The notes under the pieces: model-generated | Seen by the model: only the letters and a program-made list of their open reading frames with translations | Databases searched by the model: none | What the model was told of the DNA's origin: nothing | Shown here: in pieces, positions 58,857 through 64,000 of the stretch | How positions within the stretch are numbered: the stretch's first letter is position 1 | How the letters are laid out: every line of letters starts with the position of its first letter | Program-made: the position numbers and the translations under genes | Source of the DNA: a virus | Lineage: Duplodnaviria; Heunggongvirae; Uroviricota; Caudoviricetes | DNA length: 64,000 bases | Reading direction: 5' to 3' (one strand) | IMG/VR virus record: IMGVR_UViG_3300025430_000014 | Location: 30,682-94,681 of that record

Positions 58857-59129
58857 ATGAAACTAGAACTTATTAAAAATGACAACAACCAACTCAGTGG
58901 TTATAAGATCATTAGAGAGACATCTGATGAGTTGGATACTATAGAGATAATTAGAGATATGTACTTTTGGGGACATTTAGGTAAGATTAAGTATGGTGGA
59001 CGCTGTTCTGAACCAGGAACAGATAATACTATGGAGCTTAAGTTTTACACTGAAGAGTATGCACAACAAGAAAGAGAGGGTCTTCAAGCATATTTAGAAG
59101 CAAGAAGAACAGAATTAGAAGATAAATAA
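58857..59129 (+). CDS. Small early protein (90 aa), paralog of 57969..58247
   Basis: See the paralog alignment above. Confidence 0.65.
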   Translation: MKLELIKNDNNQLSGYKIIRETSDELDTIEIIRDMYFWGHLGKIKYGGRCSEPGTDNTMELKFYTEEYAQQEREGLQAYLEARRTELEDK

Positions 59130-59148
59130 TCATTTAAACCAACTAATT

Positions 59149-59382
59149 ATGAAAATGTTCATTGGAATGTTCATAGCTAATATGACAACAGTGTTGTTAT
59201 TTGTCTACATGTTTTTCTTTCCTTACAATAGGTATATGCTTACAGGATTGATTTTAATATCAATTGTAGGCTATTTAGCCTCTTATGAGGTGATAAGCTC
59301 AACTATTAGTAAGAAGTGTCAGCAAGCCTATTTAGATGGTGTAGCTGATGGTGATAAACAATCTAGAAACGAAGTAATATAG
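59149..59382 (+). CDS. Small membrane protein (77 aa, 2 predicted TM helices)
   Basis: Hydrophobic stretches MFIANMTTVLLFVYMFFF and LTGLILISIVGYLA. Confidence 0.55.
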   Translation: MKMFIGMFIANMTTVLLFVYMFFFPYNRYMLTGLILISIVGYLASYEVISSTISKKCQQAYLDGVADGDKQSRNEVI

Positions 59383-59386
59383 CATT

Positions 59387-59671
59387 ATGGAAACTATCTT
59401 CTATTATTGTGTTCAATTATTGCAATGGATGGCTGATGTTACAGGTACAACATATATAGAAGTGAATGTTGTTATATTCTGTATCATTGAGCCATTGTTG
59501 TTCATTTATTTATTATTTAAAATCAGAAAAATGAAGAAATTATTAGTAATTGCATGCCTTGCCTGCTTTCTTACATCATGTACAGCAGAATTTGGAGCAA
59601 GATTGGGAGGATATAAAGCTCCAAGACATAGAGTGTGTTTTGTAGGAGATCATAATTACAGAACCTATTAA
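59387..59671 (+). CDS. Membrane/lipoprotein (94 aa). The internal start at 59531 gives a 46-aa lipoprotein with a classic signal peptide and lipobox (MKKLLVIACLACFLTS|C)
   Basis: KK + hydrophobic core + LTSC lipobox. The upstream 48 aa form a TM-like segment. The true start is ambiguous. Confidence 0.5.
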   Translation: METIFYYCVQLLQWMADVTGTTYIEVNVVIFCIIEPLLFIYLLFKIRKMKKLLVIACLACFLTSCTAEFGARLGGYKAPRHRVCFVGDHNYRTY

Positions 59672-59681
59672 ACATTACACT

Positions 59682-59885
59682 ATGAGAAACATAGCAAAAA
59701 TAATTAGAGCAACAGCTATTATATTAATAGCTTGCTCTTTATTAGCAATAGCAATGTTATTGTTGCTTACAGCAATAATGTCAGCTATATACTTTTTTGC
59801 AAACATATATTACACGCTATTATTCATATTATTAGGTGTATTATTGGTATCATTTATTATTTTAATCATAACAAAAGACGCTTAA
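59682..59885 (+). CDS. Small membrane protein (67 aa, 2 TM)
   Basis: Almost entirely hydrophobic. Confidence 0.55.
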   Translation: MRNIAKIIRATAIILIACSLLAIAMLLLLTAIMSAIYFFANIYYTLLFILLGVLLVSFIILIITKDA

Positions 59886-59886
59886 C

Positions 59887-60147
59887 ATGGAAAAAGAACC
59901 AATTGAATATGATTATGATGGCATTAGAAAAGCCATTATATTCATAACCATCGCAATTCTAGTGTATGTAGGCTCGTTAATTTTAAAATTAAGAGATAAT
60001 ACATACAAATATGATATGCCAGATGGGTTTAATAAGACATTAATTAGTAAGGATGAAAACAATCCAACTAAAATGCAAGTCACATACAGTGAGGAGCAAG
60101 GTAAATATCTATTCAGATTCATATTAGATACATTAAAAAAGAAATAA
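59887..60147 (+). CDS. Type-II-like membrane protein (86 aa, N-terminal TM), tandem paralog of 60149..60391
   Basis: KYDMPDGFNKTLISKDENNPTKMQVTYSEEQGKYLFRF aligns with KYDMPEEFNIHTISRDSWKPTKMEVIYSEEEHQFLFRF. Confidence 0.65.
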   Translation: MEKEPIEYDYDGIRKAIIFITIAILVYVGSLILKLRDNTYKYDMPDGFNKTLISKDENNPTKMQVTYSEEQGKYLFRFILDTLKKK

Positions 60148-60148
60148 C

Positions 60149-60391
60149 ATGCAAACAGAACCATTATTTGACATCAAACGTATGATTCCACTATTTGTAG
60201 CTCTATTAGTGGGATTTGCCTATTATTTAGGCACATTAACTGAGAAAGTTAAATACGACATGCCTGAAGAGTTTAATATACACACTATAAGTAGAGATTC
60301 CTGGAAACCAACTAAAATGGAAGTGATATATAGTGAGGAAGAACATCAGTTCTTATTTAGATTTGCTGACACCATCATCAAAAAACCATAA
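60149..60391 (+). CDS. Type-II-like membrane protein (80 aa), tandem paralog of 59887..60147
   Basis: See alignment above. Confidence 0.65.
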   Translation: MQTEPLFDIKRMIPLFVALLVGFAYYLGTLTEKVKYDMPEEFNIHTISRDSWKPTKMEVIYSEEEHQFLFRFADTIIKKP

Positions 60392-60395
60392 TCAA

Positions 60396-60533
60396 ATGAA
60401 AACCATCCAATTGACACTAAGAGAATTTTACGTATTTAAACAATTAGCCAAGTTTATATACGAGTTTAAAATAACTAATTCATCAGTGAATATAACAGCT
60501 GATGAGACAATGTTGGCTATGTTGGGATATTAG
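60396..60533 (+). CDS. Possible small protein (45 aa from ATG 60396; the track ORF 60333.. overlaps the previous gene)
   Basis: The ATG lies 5 nt after the upstream stop and is followed by a terminator. Confidence 0.3.
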   Translation: MKTIQLTLREFYVFKQLAKFIYEFKITNSSVNITADETMLAMLGY

Positions 60534-60539
60534 ACAATA

Positions 60540-60566
60540 GGGCTCTGTAACAGGAGCCCTTAATTT
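60540..60566 (+). terminator. Candidate intrinsic terminator
   Basis: agggctctg-taa-caggagccct followed by taatttaaac. Confidence 0.45.
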
Positions 60567-60586
60567 AAACACAAAACCTTTATTAT

Positions 60587-61168
60587 ATGTTTGTTCCAGC
60601 AAAACTAGTATTCAAAAGCTATATGCCTAGAGAATTAGAAAAAGGCATGTTCTTTTTACAAAGAATGAACGATGGTGATTATAACTACATGCAAATCAGA
60701 GAGTTAGATCAATTACCACGTGATCAAGACCATTATATGGAGATAAATGGTGCTCCAGTTGAACCATATATAGTGGCTCAAATGTTAAATCCTGATGATT
60801 CAGAGATTGTATTAGCTGATCCAGAACAGATAGGCTGGTATGATCCAGGAGATGATTCAGAAGACCTAATGGACATTGATGTAAAGATTATCAATATGAT
60901 ATTAGAAGAATGGAATGGTGACATTGCTATTGAGATGATGGAAGATGATGAGTTTGAAGGTGATGCTGTCATACTATTCTATAATAAAGTGACCATTAGA
61001 ACAATTGATAACGTTTCTGATGAGGAAGATGATGATGAAGAGGAATATGAAGAAGAAATGTGTTCATTTTGTAATGGAACAGGAGAAGGCTCTCATCCAG
61101 ATGCTACATGTCCAATATGTGGAGGAGAAGGAGTACGTAAATTTTATTATGAAGAAGACCCAGACTAA
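60587..61168 (+). CDS. Highly acidic protein (193 aa) with two C-terminal DnaJ-type CxxCxGxG zinc-finger repeats (CSFCNGTGEG...CPICGGEGV). Candidate DNA-mimic / anti-restriction or chaperone-like early protein
   Basis: Asp/Glu-rich throughout (SDEEDDDEEEYEEE); CxxCxGxG x2. Confidence 0.6.
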   Translation: MFVPAKLVFKSYMPRELEKGMFFLQRMNDGDYNYMQIRELDQLPRDQDHYMEINGAPVEPYIVAQMLNPDDSEIVLADPEQIGWYDPGDDSEDLMDIDVKIINMILEEWNGDIAIEMMEDDEFEGDAVILFYNKVTIRTIDNVSDEEDDDEEEYEEEMCSFCNGTGEGSHPDATCPICGGEGVRKFYYEEDPD

Positions 61169-61179
61169 ACCAAACCTTT

Positions 61180-61365
61180 ATGGAAGATTTAAAGAAAATA
61201 ATAACACTACTATTTAACGACAAACCACTAGAAGAACAACCAAAGAAGGTAGAATTCAAGATTAGAAATATAATAACACCAGAAGAAAGAGAAGCTTTCA
61301 ACAAATGGTGTCAAGAGATGAACGTTAGTGCAATGTATGATGCACATAATAGAAATATTGGTTAG
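61180..61365 (+). CDS. Small protein (61 aa)
   Basis: Complete ORF followed by a terminator. Confidence 0.55.
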   Translation: MEDLKKIITLLFNDKPLEEQPKKVEFKIRNIITPEEREAFNKWCQEMNVSAMYDAHNRNIG

Positions 61366-61382
61366 TTGGTGGATTTTTCATT

Positions 61383-61412
61383 GGGGCTCCTCAGAAATGG
61401 GGAGCTTTTTTA
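61383..61412 (+). terminator. Intrinsic terminator
   Basis: ggggctcc-N10-ggagcttt (5 Watson-Crick + 3 G-U pairs) followed by a T6 run. Confidence 0.55.
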
Positions 61413-61423
61413 ATTTAATTATT

Positions 61424-61921
61424 ATGCCTACAATAGATATTCCAGATAAGATATGTCCACATTGTGGTGGTACAAAATGGTATATGACTAAACATACAAA
61501 TGGTAAACTTCATATAAACACTTGTTTTTATAAAATGGCTGAAAGACGTAAAGCATTTAGAGCTACGGATAAAGGAAAAGAGTTTACAAACAATTACTAT
61601 AAAACACCTGCTGGTAAAAAACATAGAGAAAAATACCAAGAAAAAGAATCTACTAAAAAACTTAGATCACAGTTAGCTATAAATCAATATCATAGAGATA
61701 TGAAAAATAACAGAGAAAAAGTTTTAGAAAGAAAATCTCGTTATGATAAAAAACTTAGAGCTAAACTTACTGATGGTATAGTCAAACATTATATTATTAA
61801 GAGTTGTTCTGAATTTGGTTTAAAAATTAATGAAATACCACCAGAGCTCATAGAACTTAAACGTAAACAAATACAATTGTATAGAAAATTAAAATCAAAC
61901 AAATGGCAAGTAAAACAGTAA
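61424..61921 (+). CDS. Basic Lys/Arg-rich protein with an N-terminal zinc ribbon (CPHCGG...C), 165 aa from ATG 61424. Candidate nucleic-acid-binding protein
   Basis: The track ORF begins at 61328, but residues 1-32 span the terminator hairpin. MPTIDIPDKICPHCGG starts after it. Confidence 0.55.
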   Translation: MPTIDIPDKICPHCGGTKWYMTKHTNGKLHINTCFYKMAERRKAFRATDKGKEFTNNYYKTPAGKKHREKYQEKESTKKLRSQLAINQYHRDMKNNREKVLERKSRYDKKLRAKLTDGIVKHYIIKSCSEFGLKINEIPPELIELKRKQIQLYRKLKSNKWQVKQ

Positions 61922-62121
61922 AAACAACAACAGTTACAGATGTAATTGATGTAACACGTGACATGGGTGACAAACTATTAACCCAATATCACAAAGGTAA
62001 TGACTTAAAGGTGGGACATTTAGCATTAGATGCTTATAAAACAGCAATTAGTGGTGCTAAGACACAGCTCATCTATAAAAAGCTTACAGGAACACCAACA
62101 GAAATTGATTTTTTAAAATAA
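61903..62121 (+). CDS. Small protein (72 aa)
   Basis: Complete ORF. Confidence 0.5.
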   Translation: MASKTVKTTTVTDVIDVTRDMGDKLLTQYHKGNDLKVGHLALDAYKTAISGAKTQLIYKKLTGTPTEIDFLK

Positions 62122-62143
62122 ACCAAACAAAAACACACCAATC

Positions 62144-62473
62144 ATGCCTAAAATCAAAATGCTAGACTGTGGCAGTTACAGTCAAGAAGAGTTAACACAA
62201 TTAGAAATTGTAGCAGCTAATCCCAAGATTAAGATTAGTAGAGCAGCATTAACCTATGGTAGAAAGTTCAATCGTTCTTCACAAGGAGTGTATGCAAAGC
62301 TTAGAAAGCTTAGAAGGGATTTAAACAATCCTATTGTACAACAAGAAGAAGCTGTAATATCTGTAGAAGAACAAGCTCCTATTGTTGTAGAACAAGCTAC
62401 ACCAGTATTCTCATTCAATATTACATCTATAGATGTATATGAGGATCATATTAAACTATATTATTCTAAATAA
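62144..62473 (+). CDS. Small protein (109 aa)
   Basis: Complete ORF. Confidence 0.55.
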   Translation: MPKIKMLDCGSYSQEELTQLEIVAANPKIKISRAALTYGRKFNRSSQGVYAKLRKLRRDLNNPIVQQEEAVISVEEQAPIVVEQATPVFSFNITSIDVYEDHIKLYYSK

Positions 62474-62489
62474 CTAAATCATTCCCAAC

Positions 62490-62705
62490 ATGAAAGCAAC
62501 ATTAGTTTATTCCACAAGGAATTATACAACTAGAAACATATTAGTGTATGAGCCAACAGTCACTAATCCATTTGATAAGCTTCTTACAGCAATTGCAAAT
62601 CATTGCGAGAGAAAAATAGCATCTAAACGATTAATAATTAAGAACAATCGTTATCTTTACACTCCATCTGATGAATGGAAACAAAGAATCATAAGGTTCA
62701 GATAA
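62490..62705 (+). CDS. Small protein (71 aa)
   Basis: Complete ORF followed by a terminator. Confidence 0.5.
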   Translation: MKATLVYSTRNYTTRNILVYEPTVTNPFDKLLTAIANHCERKIASKRLIIKNNRYLYTPSDEWKQRIIRFR

Positions 62706-62721
62706 CACAACCTAGACTCCA

Positions 62722-62758
62722 AGGATGGGGAGTTTCTACTCCCTTCCTATTTTATTTT
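62722..62758 (+). terminator. Rho-independent terminator
   Basis: aggatggggagt-ttct-actcccttcct followed by attttatttt. Confidence 0.6.
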
Positions 62759-62770
62759 AAATATAACGTT

Positions 62771-63079
62771 ATGGTAGAATGCATATGTATTGATGATAGT
62801 AATAGACCAAAAGAAATACCTGCTAATAAGTGGGTAAAGAAGGATAATGAGTATAATATTATATTCACTGTCACTGTATTACCACAAAAAGAATTAGGTG
62901 TTGTTCTAGCAGAGATAGAGCTCACTGATAAAGAATTGCCATATGAGTATTTCCTTGCTAAACGCTTTGCATTTACAGAAGAAGCATTGAAAAAACTAAT
63001 TGAATTGATTAAAGATTGCAGTGACATAAATTTCTCAATGGACGAACTACTAGAACAAACACAATTAGCAGAACTATAA
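62771..63079 (+). CDS. Small protein (103 aa from ATG 62771, MVECICIDD...; the track ORF 62675.. spans the terminator)
   Basis: Start relocated downstream of the terminator. Confidence 0.5.
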   Translation: MVECICIDDSNRPKEIPANKWVKKDNEYNIIFTVTVLPQKELGVVLAEIELTDKELPYEYFLAKRFAFTEEALKKLIELIKDCSDINFSMDELLEQTQLAEL

Positions 63080-63090
63080 ATTATAATTAT

Positions 63091-63450
63091 ATGAAAGGTA
63101 AATTGATTAAAAAAGACCAAGATTGGTTCATCATCACAACAGATAGTGATGAATACTCATTACATCCAGATCACACAAAGATATGTGATGATATTGATGA
63201 ATGGAATAACAGTGATGTAGAGTTTGAAATAGTGAAGAGATTTCTATACAATGAAACACAATACTTTGCTAAGCTGTTACCACCTACTAACAAGAAGATG
63301 ATAACATTAGATGATAAGTATAAAGAGTATAAGATAAACCATCCAGATTCAACCTATTCATTTCATGAATGGATGAACATCATATACATTCCTTATACAG
63401 ATGATATTGTTAAGCAAATAGAGGAATATAAAGCAACCCAAAACAAATAA
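63091..63450 (+). CDS. Small protein (119 aa)
   Basis: Complete ORF. Confidence 0.55.
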   Translation: MKGKLIKKDQDWFIITTDSDEYSLHPDHTKICDDIDEWNNSDVEFEIVKRFLYNETQYFAKLLPPTNKKMITLDDKYKEYKINHPDSTYSFHEWMNIIYIPYTDDIVKQIEEYKATQNK

Positions 63451-63453
63451 TCT

Positions 63454-63987
63454 ATGAAAGAACTACTAATGAAATTAAATGCTTGTCAAGAGGCAATGGA
63501 ATGGGTAGGAAATAAATCTTGGGAAGAATGTTATGCTACCTGTCACAGAGGAGATTGGCTTCTTTGGTTATTCAAAAGAACTAATCCAGATGACTTACAA
63601 CCACTAACCTTAGCTAAAGGACATTGTGCCAATACTGTTCGCCACTTAATGGAGGATGAAAGAAGCCTTAAAGCTGTTGATGCAGCTATCGCATTTGGGG
63701 AGGGTAAAATAAGTGGAGAGGAGTTGAATACTTCTGCTGCTGCTGCTGCTTATGCTGCTGCTTCTGATGCTTATGCTTATGCTGCTTATGCTGCTTATGC
63801 TGCTAATGCTGCTGCTGCTTCTAATGCTTTTGCTTCTAATGCTGTTGCTGCTGTTGCTGCTGCTTATGCTGCTTATGCTGCTAATGCTGCTGCTGCTTCT
63901 AATGCTGCTGCTAAAAAAGAAAATCAACAATTAACAGCAGACATTTGTAGAAAGTATTTACCAATAGAAGTTTGGAACATAAAATAG
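63454..63987 (+). CDS. Protein (177 aa) with an Ala/Tyr/Asn low-complexity C-terminal half (AAAAAYAAASDAYAYAAYAAYAANAAAASNAF...)
   Basis: Complete ORF. The DNA contains a perfect 48-bp direct repeat. Confidence 0.6.
   Translation: MKELLMKLNACQEAMEWVGNKSWEECYATCHRGDWLLWLFKRTNPDDLQPLTLAKGHCANTVRHLMEDERSLKAVDAAIAFGEGKISGEELNTSAAAAAYAAASDAYAYAAYAAYAANAAAASNAFASNAVAAVAAAYAAYAANAAAASNAAAKKENQQLTADICRKYLPIEVWNIK
63781..63906 (+). repeat. Perfect 48-bp direct repeat (63781-63828 and 63859-63906) inside the gct-rich codon repeat; encodes AAYAAYAANAAAASNA twice
   Basis: gctgcttatgctgcttatgctgctaatgctgctgctgcttctaatgct occurs twice, 78 bp apart start to start. Confidence 0.8.
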
Positions 63988-64000
63988 ATAACCTATGAAT

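Noticed and set aside
59732-60164. ORFs 59732..59947 (+) and 59913..60164 (-)
   Set aside because: They overlap better-supported membrane protein genes in other frames
61005-61304. ORFs 61005..61217 (+) and 61104..61304 (-)
   Set aside because: They overlap the acidic zinc-finger gene and the 61180 gene with weaker coding character
1-64000. CRISPR arrays, tRNA/rRNA genes, integrase/att sites, transposases
   Set aside because: No spacer-repeat periodicity, no GGTTCGAATCC-like T-arm contexts, and no recombinase/transposase-like ORFs were recognised. The contig looks like a lytic phage module, not an integrated element boundary

Overview
The window is a virion-structure and packaging module plus the start of an early gene region from a large, AT-rich, tailed dsDNA phage (or prophage). 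The codon style and the absence of Shine-Dalgarno sequences point to a Bacteroidota host, probably Flavobacteriia. Positions 1-56397 form one long minus-strand operon with many 1-4 nt start/stop overlaps (TAATG, ATGA). In transcription order it runs: a winged-helix regulator, an HU/IHF-like protein, small Cys-rich and acidic proteins, terminase large subunit (Walker A/B visible), portal (860 aa), a candidate scaffold, a candidate major capsid protein, a free-standing HNH endonuclease, several mid-size structural proteins, three paralogous fibre/receptor-binding proteins sharing an N-terminal module, and a calcineurin-like metallophosphoesterase. It ends in a block of giant virion proteins (1613, 852, 1081, 840, 3755 and 1640 aa) and a collagen-like giant fibre gene that runs off the window start (>1750 aa inside the window). 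The 3755-aa protein carries a double-psi beta-barrel RNA polymerase signature (RIPT...~40 aa...DFDID), as in the virion-packaged RNA polymerases of crAss-like podoviruses. Positions 56398-57074 are a divergent regulatory region with repeated ACA-N2-3-TGT sites and unusual G5/C5 hairpins. From 57075 a plus-strand array of small genes begins, punctuated gene by gene by intrinsic terminators. It contains two tandem paralog pairs, a cluster of five small membrane proteins including a lipoprotein, an acidic protein with DnaJ-type CxxCxGxG zinc fingers, and an Ala/Tyr/Asn low-complexity protein built on a perfect 48-bp direct repeat. No tRNA, rRNA, CRISPR array, integrase or transposase was found. 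All functional calls rest on motifs, size, order and composition read by eye. No database search was possible.
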